Below, piece after piece: positions 1 through 12,322 of a stretch of DNA of 64,000 bases. Source of the stretch: Octopus vulgaris (taxonomy: Eukaryota); contig OX597819.1 of NCBI GenBank assembly GCA_951406725.2, forward strand, positions 124,558,001-124,622,000. The letters are read 5' to 3'. Made by a program: the position numbers and the translations under genes. The first letter of the stretch is position 1. Every line of letters starts with the position of its first letter. Below the pieces are notes generated by a model, which made no database searches, was not told the origin of the DNA, and saw only the letters and a list, made by a program, of their open reading frames with translations.

Positions 1-235
1 TCCCACCAAAATATAATGATTTCTGATTTAAGCACAAAGTCTTTGTGCTTAAATCAGAAATCAAAGGCAGTAAAGCTGGCAGAATCACTGGAATGTTGGA
101 AAGAAATACTGTAGTGTTTCTTTCAGTTCTTTATATTCTGAGTTCAATTCTTGCCTTTCGTTCTTTTGGGTTGACTAATCCCTCCCTTTAAAGTTAAGTA
201 CCTTGTATTTGTTAGTGATGGTATTTTATTGCTAA

Positions 236-939
236 AGGGTGGTGAGCTGGCAGAAACGTTAGCATGCCGGGCGAAATGCTTAGCGGTATTTCGTCTGCCG
301 TTGCGTTCTGAGTTCAAATTCCGCCAAGATCGACTTTGCCTTTCATCCTTTCGGGTCGATTAAATAAGTACCAGTTATGCACTGAGGTCGATATAATCGA
401 CTTAATCCATTTGTCTGTCCTTGTTTGTCCCCTTTGTGTTTAGCCCCTTATGGGTAGTAAAGAAATAGGTATCACAACCCTTTGAATGTACATCAACACA
501 TTGTCACACATTGGATAGTATTTTGAACTCAGTGATAAGGTGATGAGCTGGCAGAAACGTTAGCACGCCGGGCGAAATGCTTAGCAGTATTTCGTCTGCC
601 GCTGCGTTCCGAGTTCAAATTCCGCCAAGATCGACTTTGCCTTTCATCCTTTCGGGGTTGATAAATTAAGTACCAGTTACGTACTGGCGTTGATGGAATC
701 GACTTAATCCGTTTGTCTGTCCTTGTTTGTCCCCTCTGTGTTTAGCCCCTTGTGGGTAGTAAAGAAATAGGTATTTCGTCTGCCGCTGCGTTCTGAGTTC
801 AAATTCCGCCGAAGTTGACTTTGCCTTTTATCCTTTCGGGGTCGATTAAATAAGTACCAGTTACGCACTGGGGTAGATATAATTGACTTAATCCATTTGT
901 CTGTCCTTGTTTGTCCCCTATGTGGGTAGTAAAAAAATA
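236..939 (+). mobile_element. tRNA-derived SINE family B composite: monomer + ~70-bp spacer + dimer
   Basis: Head gagctggcagaaacgttagc, B-box-like gagttcaaattcc, end aaagaaatag. A 16-bp direct repeat ggtattttattgctaa lies at 220-235 and 940-955. Confidence 0.8.
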
Positions 940-1451
940 GGTATTTTATTGCTAAGGTTAAATTTGCCTTTCATCCTTCTAACACTGATAATATATATAC
1001 CACTCTACTTGTGCTAAACTATTGAGGTTGATATAATTGATTGCCCCTCTCATGAATTTCTAGCCTTGAACAAATGTAAGAAATTGCTATTAAAACCATT
1101 AAAATTGACTTATTATTTAACTAGGGCCGTTAAAAAAGTAATGTGAATACAGTGTCCAGTTAAGAGATAAACAGAAAACAAAAAAAATATTGAGGGTATC
1201 TAATGGAAATGGAGCCCTGATCTCCTGGTAAGTGCCATCAGGAGATTTAAGTTTAAGACAGATTTTATTTTTATTTTGTCTTTCTTTGTTTATATCCTGT
1301 GAAATTTCTTTCATAAAGTCAATATATAGAAATGTATTGTAGTTTTTTTTATGTAATATGTGTACGTGTGTATATATACACATGCACACACACACACACA
1401 TACAGATATGCACACAAATATATATATATATACATAATGTACATAGTCATA

Positions 1452-1523
<72 letters not shown>

Positions 1524-1769
1524 TGTGTATATATATGACAAATGAAAGACAGAAGATGGAATATATGTATATGTATGTATGTACAGTTGCGGCCAAAATG
1601 TCAGAAAAGTAGGTATAAGTTTTTATCTAAGTAGTTTTATATTCTATAATTTTCACAGGCAATAAATACGATATTAATTGTTATTGTCTGAGATTTTGGT
1701 GTAATTTGAGAGGATAATACAAAAGTTATGGATGATTTAGTGATTTACTGCAAAAGGGACCGATACAGC

Positions 1770-1935
1770 TTGGCACCTGTGACGTCGCAACTCATTTCTA
1801 CAGCTGAGTGAACTGGAGCAACGTGAAATAAAGTGTCTTGCTCAAGAACACAACACGCAGCCCGGTCCGGGATTCGAACACAAACCTCACGGTCGTAAGT
1901 TTGACGCTCTAACCATTGAGCCATGTGCCTTCACT
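1770..1935 (-). mobile_element. Third tRNA-derived SINE family, 5' fragment (related copy ~14890-15062)
   Basis: Minus strand reads tggctcaatggttagagcg...gttcgaatcccgg...cttgagcaagacacttta, i.e. A- and B-box-like motifs. Confidence 0.65.
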
Positions 1936-2685
1936 TTTAAAGAGATATGTTATAATTTTTAATTCATTTTGCAAATATCGTTGTAAAGATTGTTACAGCC
2001 AATACAAATCAATCAACATTTTATCATGAAAATAAAATGTTGAAAGAAACAACAAAAATTGACCATTCCAGCTGAAGAACATCAGCAGGAACAAAAGCCA
2101 ACCATGCCCTCCTCTCTTGACACTTCTCTACACCAACAAAAATCGACCATCAGTACAGAGGTTGTGGAACTTCGACAAATGATTTCTGCTTTAAGCCAAG
2201 AAATAGCAGGAATCAAAACCAACATCTGTGCAAAACCTCACAATGGGGGATCGTATCGGAGTGCCTTGCTCAACAATTTACCTGTAGCTCTTACTGAACC
2301 TAGACACATCGAGGAAGCCACCGAATCAACCACTCTTGAGGTAATTGTCATCGGAGTATCGGAAGATGTGGTAGATCCATATGCATATATGGGTACAGGA
2401 CATCACAAACAGTAAACAACATGAGATATGAAAACAAATGAGTTGAATACACAAACAACAAGAGAAACAAATGGAAAACAGGACAAGTAACATAAAGAAT
2501 GACCCTTCATTAGTTGTCGTCTGTCTATCTACTCCTTGTTTCGACCATTGAATGACAATATGAGTCTTCGAAGGTAGTTGCTCCCACAAATATCAAAATA
2601 GAATTTGGGATTTATGAAGGGTCAAAGTCGGGAACAAAAACAGGACAGTGGAGATATACAAGGAAACTGAACGATATATAATATA

Positions 2686-3500
2686 CTAGCAGTATCGCCC
2701 GGCGTTGCTTGGGTTTGTGAGGGAAATAACTATATAAGCATTTTTAGAGAGTTATAGCCAAAAAATAGCAAAAAAAAATGCATTAAAAATGGAAAAAAAA
2801 TGATGGTAAATTTTTTTAAATCGTTGACTCATCGTAGACATTTTTAGACAGTTACTTCCCTTATATAATAGCGAAAAAATGCATTAAAATGGAAAAAAAC
2901 GATGGTAAATTATTTTTTAAATCGTAGAGTGGCTGTGTTGTAAGTAGCTTGCTAACCAACCACATGGTTCCGGGTTCAGTCCCACTGCGTGGCATCTTGG
3001 GCAAGTGTCTTCTACTATAGCCTCGGGCCGACCAATGCCTTGTGAGTGGATTTGGTAGACGGAAACTGAAAGAAGCCCGTCGTATATATGTATATATATG
3101 TATGTGTGTGTATGTTTGTGTGTCAGTGTTTGTCCCCCTAGCATTGCTTGACAACCGATGCTGGTGTGTTTACGTCCCCGTTACTTAGCGGTTTGGCAAA
3201 AGAGACCGATAGAACAAGTACTGGGCTTACAAAAGAATAAGTCCCGGGGTCGAGTTGCTCGACTAAAGGCGGTGCTCCAGCATGGCCGCAGTCAAACGAC
3301 TGAAACAAATAAAAGAGTAAAAGAGTAAAGAGTAAAGAGAGACTCATCGTAGACACACGCTAATAGCCAGACGGGCTCGATATGAATCACGACTATAAGA
3401 TACCCGGTTTTGGTTTAAACTGCACCGCAAAATGTGGGAGTGGTTATGAATCTAAATCGTAGGAGAAAGACAGCACACAACCTTACTTTTATATATAAAA
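2686..3500 (-). mobile_element. Non-autonomous Helitron-like element interrupted by a SINE
   Basis: Minus-strand 3' end has a GC hairpin (cccaagcaacgccggg) followed by CTAG-T; internal ~90-bp duplicated A-rich segments. Confidence 0.55.
2927..3340 (+). mobile_element. tRNA-derived SINE family A (octopus OK-type-like), near full length
   Basis: tggctgtgttggtaag A-box, gggttcagtccc B-box, central TA/TG microsatellite and (gtaaaaga)n tail. Other copies lie at ~3645-4036, 6930-7622, 8275-8750, 27975-28413, 33095-33522, 45000-45410, 51488-52040, 52945-53356 and 54600-54994, mostly on the minus strand. Confidence 0.85.
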
Positions 3501-4785
3501 ATATATATATATATATACACACATCTGTATGTATACTTCTGTATATATATGTATCTCTCTTGTTCATTTATGCATGTGTATATAGTTGTGTATATGTCTG
3601 TCTGTCAAGCTCTTTCTTGTATTTGTGTGCGTGTCTGTTGCACCTCTTACTCTTTTACTTGTTTCAGTCATGTGACTGTGGCCATGCTGGAGCGCCACCT
3701 TTAGTCAAGCAAATTGAACCCAGGACTTATTCTTCGGAAGCCTAGTACTTATTCTATCAGTCTCTTTTGCCGAACTGCTAAGTTACGGGGGATGTAAACA
3801 CACCAGCATCGGTTGTCAAGCAATGGGGGGGGGGGGGGCTGGACATACACAGACACACAGACATACATATATACGACGGGCTTCTTTCAGTTTCCGTCTA
3901 CCAAATCCACTCACAAGGCTTTGGTCGGCCCGAGGCTATAGTAGAAGACACTTGTCCAAGGTGCCACGCAGTGGGACTGAACCCGGAACCATGTGGTTGG
4001 TAAGCAAGCCATTTACCACACAGCCACTCCTGCGCCTTTTGTCCCCAACCTCTGTATTCTTATATAATTGTTTACATACAAATATACCTGTACATATGTA
4101 TGTGAACTTGAACATATATATGAGTAGATAGATATGTTTATATTAGTTGTCATCATCATTATTATCATCATCATCATCATCGTCATCATTTAATGTTTGT
4201 TTTCTATGCAGGTATTGGTTGGTTGGTTTACCAGGAGTTGGCCAGCTGGAGAAATGCCCAAGCTCCAATTGTCTGATTTGGCATGGTATCTATGGCAGGA
4301 TGCCCCCTCCCTAATGCCAACCACTTTACAGAGTGCACTGGGTCCTTTTTACACGAGACCTGCATGAGCGTTTTATGTGACACTGATACTTTATATGTAG
4401 AACAAGAATGGATGCTTTCTATGTACCACAAGAATGGGTGCTTTTACGTGGCACCAGCACAGGGGCATTTTACGAGGCCCCAGACAGGTGCTTTTCTATA
4501 TGGCACTGACATCCATGAGCCACAGGGTAAAGACCTCTAGGCTGGTAGAGGGACATGCCCCTATGTGTAGACGACTATGATTTTACTTAACTTGATATGT
4601 CTTCTGAAGCACAGCAAAATCACCAGAAGTCTTGGCCCCTTGTCATCTCCTCAGTGAGGCTAGTACTCAGTATTACTTCTTCCTCTATTTCATTATTTCC
4701 CTGGGGAATTCTTGACCGGTCTCTTTGGTTCATCTGGTTTATTGTTTTAAAATTATATTTCAATCTGGTTTAAGAAGTAAAGTTA

Positions 4786-5038
4786 GTCTTGTGAAGGGTA
4801 GGAGAGTCCAGTTTGCTGGACATTTTTGTAGAGCTGAAAATGAGGTAATTTCTACTCTTCTCCTCTGGAAGCCATCTGCTTGCAATACCAGAGGGCACAC
4901 ACTCTCCTACCCTGATGTAATCTCCAGGGATACAGGCATCCAGCAACAGGACCTCCATAATGCTATGATGGACTGTGAAGTCTGGTGTAGCATGGTAAAT
5001 TCCATTGTCTCGACCACGGTCGAACAATGATGATGATG
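4786..5038 (+). mobile_element. RTE-like LINE 3' fragment
   Basis: RRVQFAGHFCR...LLLW...AMMDCEVW C-terminal motif followed by a (TGA)n tail. Confidence 0.65.
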
Positions 5039-5159
5039 AAAGTTAGTCAGGCTTCAAGAAACGTATTGCGGAGAGATTTTTGTAAACTGTATTTTCTAAA
5101 TCTGAAGGTGCACCATTGAATAGTGAGGGACCAATAGTCTCTAGTGCATCCACTTAGTG

Positions 5160-5865
5160 ACAGGCATGGTGTGACAGCAGGATTTGACCCTTGCCATACT
5201 TCCACACAGTCAGAAGTGGTTGTCAGAAAGTTTTCACAACTTTACCAGCCCCAATTTCTTGCTTTCTGTTTTCCTTGATTGTAATCCTATAGATTTCTAC
5301 ATGTGGGGTATAGTCAAAGAAGATGCCAACCACTCTGCCTACAACACCAAGTCCGAGCTACTGGTCAAGATCAAGGAGGTGTTTGAAAGATCTTCTCAAG
5401 GACACAGTGAGGAATGCATGCACCAGGTTCTGGAGTTGCCTTGAGGAAGTTGAGGTGGCAGGTACTTTGAATAAACTGTTATCTCCCAGCTATAATCATC
5501 ATCATCATTTAATGTTCGTTTTCCATGCTAGCAATGGGTTGGACTGTTCGACCAGGGTCTGGGAAGCCAGGAGGCTGCACCAGGCTCTAGTCTGATTTGG
5601 CAGAGTTTCTACAGCTGGATGCCCTTCCTAATGACAACCACTCCGTGAGTGTAGTGGGTGTTTTTTACGTGCCACCGGCAAAAGGGGCCAGAGCAGGTTG
5701 GCAAACAGCCACGATCGGTTGGTGCTTTTACACGTCACCGACACGGACGCCAGTTGATAATTTTTGATTTTATAAAATACTTTTATTTTTGGATGAGATT
5801 ATTGTGGATTATTGTGTTTTCTTTTCCTATTATCAAACTGTCAAACTTAGCCCAAACACCCTGTA
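5160..5865 (+). mobile_element. Degenerate Tc1/mariner remnant with a nested LINE tail (~5495-5755)
   Basis: SQKWLSE...DCNPIDFYMWGIV transposase C-terminal motif; terminal caccctgTA at ~5857-5864, the same as the element at 39438-40398. Confidence 0.65.
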
Positions 5866-6127
5866 CACAAGTATTGGCCCATCTTTGAATATTGCTGATC
5901 TTAACTTTATTTTCCATTATTCCAGCGAGTGAGGTGGTTGTGGATAAAAGGGTGGTTTGTGGTGAATAGCAAAAATGTACCATGGCAAATTTTGTCACCT
6001 ATCCTCTCAAACTGATATCCTTATACTAGTACATGAAATCATTATTGTTCTCTTGTATGTTCTTATTTCATCTATTAGTCACTTTACTGAATTTTTCTTC
6101 TTTTTTTTTTCCAGAGAAAATCCGAAG

Positions 6128-6624
6128 ATGAAAATCAACCAAAAGGCAGCGAATAAAAATGTTTCCGTTTTCAATCGAAAGCTGTTTCTTTTATCTTTGG
6201 GAGCATGTCTCGTTGCTTTTGTGAAGATCCCAATTTTTTCCCAATGGTTGTTTGATTCCAAAGCTGGAGAAATAAAGGATAGCAATGGGTGGAATGTCGG
6301 TGACGAGGAGGCTCTGCGCCGATTCAGTATTTCTTTTTGTGATATTGACAGAAAATCAATTTCGGATATAACAAGCAAAGAATTTGAACACCAGTATAGA
6401 TTAAGGAAACCATTAATACTGACATTTCAAAATGGTGCTAAGGATTGGATTAACAGTAGTATGTGGTCTCGTTCGGAGCTTAAAAAGAAATATGGGCAAT
6501 GGCTTCTTTTGGTCGGAAATGCCCGAGAAATTGTCCGACACGGAGGTAATGGACATATTCAGACTTCAGTAGAGGACTTTTTGGATGATAAAATGCAGAA
6601 AACTAATCTTCAAGGTGAACCTTT
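6128..6624 (+). CDS. JmjC(JMJD8-like)-TPR gene, first visible coding exon: signal/anchor segment and JmjC N-terminal part
   Basis: Polypyrimidine tract + CAG acceptor ends at 6114; ATG at 6128. Translation MKINQK...LFLLSLGACLVAFVKIPIF...CDIDR...EFEHQYRLRKPLIL...GEP. Donor GTAAGT at 6625, phase 2. An upstream exon is implied and the start codon is tentative. Confidence 0.88.
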
Positions 6625-6674
6625 GTAAGTACTTTCTACTTTGACTTGTTTAGATTTTAAAAATATTTATAATA

Positions 6675-6902
6675 TATTTCTTTACTACCCACAAGGGGTT
6701 AAACACAGAGGGGACAAACAAGGACAGACAAAGGGATTAAGTCGATTACATCGACCCCAGTGCGTAACTGGTACTTAATTTATCGACCCCGAAAGGATGA
6801 AAGGCAAAGTCGACTTCGGCGGAACTTGAACTCGGAACGTAACGACAGACGAAATACGGCTACGCATTTCGCCCGGCGTGCTAACGTTTCTGCCAGCTCG
6901 CC
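6675..6902 (-). mobile_element. SINE family B monomer
   Basis: Reverse complement of the 236-470 unit. Further copies at ~23210-23440, 23560-23808, 59090-59306 and 61847-62050. Confidence 0.85.
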
Positions 6903-7391
6903 AATACAAGGTTACACTGAATGTCCTTTTCCTCTTTTACTCTCTTTTTTTTTTTGTTTTTGTTTTTACTTGTTTCGGTCGTTTGACTGTGGTCATGCTG
7001 GAGCACCGCCTTTAGTCGAGCAAATTGACCCCCAGGACTTATTCTTTGTAAGCCTAGTACTTATTCTATCGGTCTCTTTTGCCGAACCGCTAAGTTACGG
7101 GGACGTAAACACACCAGCATCAGTTGTCAAGCAATGTTGGGGGGACAAACACAGACACACAAACATATACACACACGTACATATATATATATAGGTCTGA
7201 GTCAGATGCCATGATAAATCGTTAGCCACTACACACATTTTTTTCTCTCCTTGTTTTTTCTGTGTCCCTTTCCTGTAGAAGAGCGTAGGTTCGAAACGTA
7301 AAAGACTTTTTCTATTCCTGAGCGTTATACTAATACATCTGTTTGTTTTGTACACCACCTGTCTTCTTCTTTTGTTTTTTTCGTAAACTCT

Positions 7392-7459
<68 letters not shown>

Positions 7460-8492
7460 GACGGGCTTCTTTCAGTTTCTGTCTACCAAATCCACTCACA
7501 AGGCTTTGGTCAACCCGAGGCTATAGTAGAAGACACTTGTCCATGGTGCCACACAGTGCAACTGAACCCGGAACCATGTGGTTGGTAAGCAAGCTACTTA
7601 CCACACAACCACTCCTACGCCTATTGGTAACATTTCTTTGAATTGCACTTGTATTTATATTTGTTTAGTGTGAAATGTTTTTTTTTAACACATTTTCCTC
7701 CTTATGTTATTATGGCTTAAGCATTGGAGCAAATCAAGGCTTGCCATTTTGTGGCTATTAGATATCATATGGGAAAAAAATTGATTGAATATCAAATGAT
7801 AAAAAAATAAAAAAAAGGTACACTAATGCCTGCAAGAAATACTTTGATTAATTGAAATATGTGTTTGTGTTAAATTTTGGTTCCTGAAAATAACTCTTAA
7901 AAAAATCATCAAGGGAATTGATTTAAATGGGAAATAAATGTGGAGAAACTATATTTGAAATAAAATCTCAATAGTTCTTTCCTTCTTTTTTTTTGTTTTT
8001 TATCTCTATCAGTTTATTTCACATCAATACAAAGTTGAAGGAGTGGTAGAAACAGTAGAAACTGGGTAGTATTACAGTATTTTGCCTCATTCCTCTACAT
8101 TCTGTGTTCATGTACCCTCAGGGTACTTGAGTCAACTCAATTAACTTACCCCTCCCTCACACATTTCTTACACTGTATTTGTATCTGCGTAAGAATCAGC
8201 ATTAATCTAATTTTTAGATTAGAATCTGAAATCACAAATCAAAACGATTTGTTGTGTTACTCTTTTTTTTTGTTTTTACTCTTTTACTCTTTTACTTGTT
8301 TCAGTCATTTGACTGCGGTCATGCTGGAGCACCACATTTAATTGAGCAACTCGACCCCGAGACTTATTCTTTTGTAAGCCCAGTACTTATTCTATCGGTC
8401 TCTTTTGCCGAACCGCTAAGTGACGGGGACATAAACACACCAGCATCGGTTGTCAAGCAATGCTAGGGGGACAAACACAGACACACAAACAT

Positions 8493-8577
<85 letters not shown>

Positions 8578-8954
8578 CATAAATACGATGGGCTTCTTTC
8601 AGTTTACGCCTACCAAATCCACTCACAAGGCATTGGTCGGCCCGGGGCTATAGCAGAAGACACTTGCCCAAGGTGCCACGCAGTGGGACTGAACCCGGAA
8701 CCATGTGGTTGGTTAGCAAGCTACTTACCACACAGCCACTCCTGCACCTACTGTTGTTCAGTTTGAAGGAAGAAATTTTTCATCAGATACATTCCAACTG
8801 CGACCATCCCATCTTTTTCATAAGCATTTAACACCACCCATCTTTTGGGAATATCTATAACTAACATTGTTCAACGTGCCTTTTTTTTTTACAGTGGTGG
8901 GATGTGATTGGAGTGCAATTTAGCTGCTATTTCTTGGAGGTTGAGTGTGTAGGG

Positions 8955-9125
8955 CAGTGGTTCTCAGCTGGGGGGTCCATATAAGGTTTTGTTGTTAAAA
9001 TTTAGCTGCAATAATAATTATAAAAATATAATATGATTTTTTAAATATTGGATGACTAGGGGGATCTATCTAAGTAAAATAGGGATTAAAGGGGTCCATG
9101 GGTAAAAAACGGTTAGGAAACACTG
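8955..9125. mobile_element. hAT-type MITE
   Basis: cagtggttctc...ggaaacactg termini; imperfect 8-bp flanks gtgtaggg/gtgcagag. Confidence 0.5.
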
Positions 9126-9221
9126 GTGCAGAGGCTTTCCCCTTAATGTGACCATCCCTTGGAGAAACTAAATTCAAACTGAAATCTTTTCCTTGTCTCA
9201 CTCAGTTTCTTCTCAAAAACT

Positions 9222-9700
9222 CTTTCCTTCCTTCCTTCCTTCTCTCCCTCCCTCCGTTCGTTCGTTCGTTCGTTCCTTCCTCCCTTCCTTCCTTCGTTCG
9301 TTCGTTCGTTTGTTCGTTCGTTCGTTCCTTCATTCCTTCGTTCCTCCTTTCGTTCGTTCGTTCGTTCATTCGTTCCTTCATTCTTCCTTCCTTCCTTCCT
9401 TCCTCCCCTTCCTTCGTTCATTCGTTCCTTCATTCGTTCCTTTGTTCCTTCATTCGTTCCTTCATTCGTTCCTTCGTTCGTTCATTCGTTCGTTCGTTCC
9501 TTCATTACTTTCTTCATTCCTTCCTTCCTTCCTCCCTTCCTTCGTTCCTTCCTTCATTCGTTCCTTCACGCCCTCCTTCCTTCATTCCTTCTTCCTTTCC
9601 TTCGTTCGTTAGTTCCTTCGTTCCTTCCTTCACGCCTTTCTATCTTTCTTCTTTTCTTCCTTCCTTTCTTTCTTTCATTCTTTCTTTCTTTCTTTCTTTC
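9222..9700. repeat. Compound (TTCC)/(TTCG)/(TTTC) microsatellite
   Basis: Direct reading of the sequence. Confidence 0.95.
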
Positions 9701-9739
9701 AATAATCTCCTATATGTTTGTTCAGCATACTTCCTTAAA

Positions 9740-11305
9740 TGTTGTTTCGTTAAAAAATAGAAAAGGTCCAGAAATTGACTCACCTTTAAATTTCCTTGAG
9801 TTATGTAAATACCTCAAGAGAGTCAAGGTTTCGACATTTCTTCTCTTATTATATCTATGCATAAGTCTTTACGAAGATTTAGAGCCAAAGGGTTGCCGAT
9901 GATATTAAGTTTATTCAATAAAGAATTCTATAGAATATTCCGCTTTCAGTAAACCCGTAACATCAGCGCAAATAGCCTTCAAAATAATTTCTACTGAATG
10001 CAGAATTTCATATAGTAAATTAGAGATTTCCATTCTTCGTCAAATTTGGAATGCAGCTTTTCAAAATCAAAATCTCTCAATCATATGGAATGTGCTATTC
10101 CACCGAGTTCTGCAATCCAGTATAAGTTTATATTTCATATCAAAGTTTGCTTGTACAAAATCTTGCAAAATTTCACTTTTTGTAGGAGATTTACGGAAAA
10201 GTTTTGAAATTTTTACCTTACTCTTTTTACTTGTTTCAGTCATTTGACTGCGGCCATTGGAGCACCACCTTTAGTCGAGCAACTCACCCCGGGACTTATT
10301 CTTTTTGTAAGCCCAGTACTTATTCTATCGGTCTCTTTTTGCCGAACTGCTAAGTGACAGGGACGTGAACACACCAGCATCGGTTGTCAAGCAATGCTAG
10401 GGAAGAAACACAGACACACAAACACACACACATGCATATATATATATATACATATATACAGTTTATATTCTCTGTTATCAAAGTTCGCTTGTACAAAATC
10501 TTGCAAATTTTCATTTTTTGTAGGAGATTTACGGAAAAGTTTTGAAAGTTTTCTAACCTTATTTAAAACTTTGTTAAATTCAGGTTTTAGCTAGGGAAAA
10601 CAAGCATTTTCGTGAGCCAAATCTGTTTGACAAAGTATGTCTTGTTGGCTTATGTCAGCTTCATCATCACTATCATCTGTTATGGTGATCACTATCATCT
10701 GTTATAGCGATCTCTTCACTTTTTTTATCAAAAAATTTAGTGTTACTTCCTTGAAATGAATCTGGAACTGGTTATTACATATGATCAACGGGAAAGATCA
10801 CCCGACTGAAGACTAACAGCATCCCCTTGACTTACTATGAATAAACTCAGTTACCTGCAAATTCAAAGAGTCAGCCAGGGGTTAGTGAAGGAGATGACAA
10901 GGTGCTGATCTAAGGTTCAAGGGGAAAGAAGATGAGAATTGATATGTTGCTGATATGTTTCAATGAAACAGACAGCACTCTCAACTAAAGGTGACCAACA
11001 ACAGTTCAGTTAGTTCAGTTTCAATGATATTTCTTGAAAAGAAAAAATAGAAAAATGTTTTGCGAAAAAAAAAAAAAGAAACTGCGGATCTTTCCACTTT
11101 GAGCGGCACATTTAAAAAATAGTTATTTGGAACTAAACACTTTTAAACTTTGCATACTGGTAGAATGTGTTACATAAAACATCTTTTATTGAAAAGATCC
11201 GAAACAGCAAGCCTTAAAATCGGTTTTTGCAAATCGGTTTCAGTTTTACTGATCATAATATAAAACTGGTTTTAACCGGTTTTATAAAACTGGTTTCGAG
11301 GCCTA
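9740..11305 (-). mobile_element. Degenerate hAT DNA transposon remnant
   Basis: Minus strand ~10075-10130 encodes KLILDCRTRWNSTFHMIE (hAT 'TRWNS' motif). TAGG-starting terminus at 11305 with aaaccggtt-like subterminal repeats. Confidence 0.7.
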
Positions 11306-11589
11306 ATAAATACACAATGTGCAGAAAACATGCTACTTGTCACAGTAAACATTATGTAGAGTAGTTTCACTATTAAAGAGAATGCCAAATTGGAATAAAG
11401 CACTGTATGTACCCAAATTATGTTGAAGAGTACCTGGTTGTGGAATAAAAGCTTGGGATTAAAGCAAAATTATTGAACAATAACAATAATGATCTCGCAT
11501 TGATGGTGTTTGTGAACTTATAGATTTGTCAGTTTGATATAGTAAATATAATAAAACAATGATATGTTGTAACATCATGTTGTTTTTCT

Positions 11590-12322
11590 TATATACGAGA
11601 AGACTTCGTGCATGAGAAGACCTCGTATGTGAGAAAACCAGGCAAGCCAAATGAGACCATAATCTCATGGCCTATGCCAGGGGCGTTACCAGCCCACTTA
11701 TGCATACCTTTCCTTCTTTGGACACTAAAACTCTGCTTGCGAAGACCTGTTGAGGCAAGTGAAACCAGAAATCAAAAATCAAAATCAAATTCGATGACTG
11801 GCGTCCGTGCTAGCAGGGTGCAAAGAGCACCATACGAGTGTGACCATTGACAGAGCGGCTAACTGGCGTCCATGCCAGTGGCACTTAAAAGTCACCATTC
11901 GAGTGTGATCGTTACCAGTGTCGCCTTACTGGCAGTTGAACCCCGTGCTAGTAGGATGCCAAGAGCACCATCCGAGCGTGATCGTTGCCAGAGGGGCTAT
12001 CTGGCCACCGTGCCGGTGGAACGTAAAAGACACCATTCAAGCGTGATCGTTACCAGCATCGCTTTACTGGCACCTGCGCCAGTGGTATGTGTAAAAGTTT
12101 CGATCAAGGTCATTGCCAGTGCCACCTGACTGGCCTCGTGCCGGCGGCATGTAAAAGCACCCACTACACTCTCGGAGTGGTTGGCGTTAGGAAGGGCATC
12201 AGGCTGTAGAAACTCTGCCAGATCAAGATTGGAGCCTGGTGCAGCCATCTGGTTCGCCAGCCCTCAGTCATTCGTCCAACCCATGCTAGCATGGAAAGCG
12301 GACGTTAAACGATGATGATGAT
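11590..12322 (+). mobile_element. RTE-LINE 3' end (ORF C-terminus, repeat-rich 3' UTR, GAT tail)
   Basis: Shares ...ggaagggcatc...ccatgctagcatgg...(GAT)n with about 20 other copies in the window. Confidence 0.8.

Noticed and set aside
2861-4131. Recurrent short ORFs such as RRASFSFRLPNPLTR and FLQLDALPNANHS found across the window
   Set aside because: They are translations of SINE A and LINE 3' UTR copies, not a gene family.
5975-6114. N-terminal extension of the 217-aa ORF
   Set aside because: It runs through a polypyrimidine tract and CAG acceptor (FFFFFFS), so it is most likely intron.
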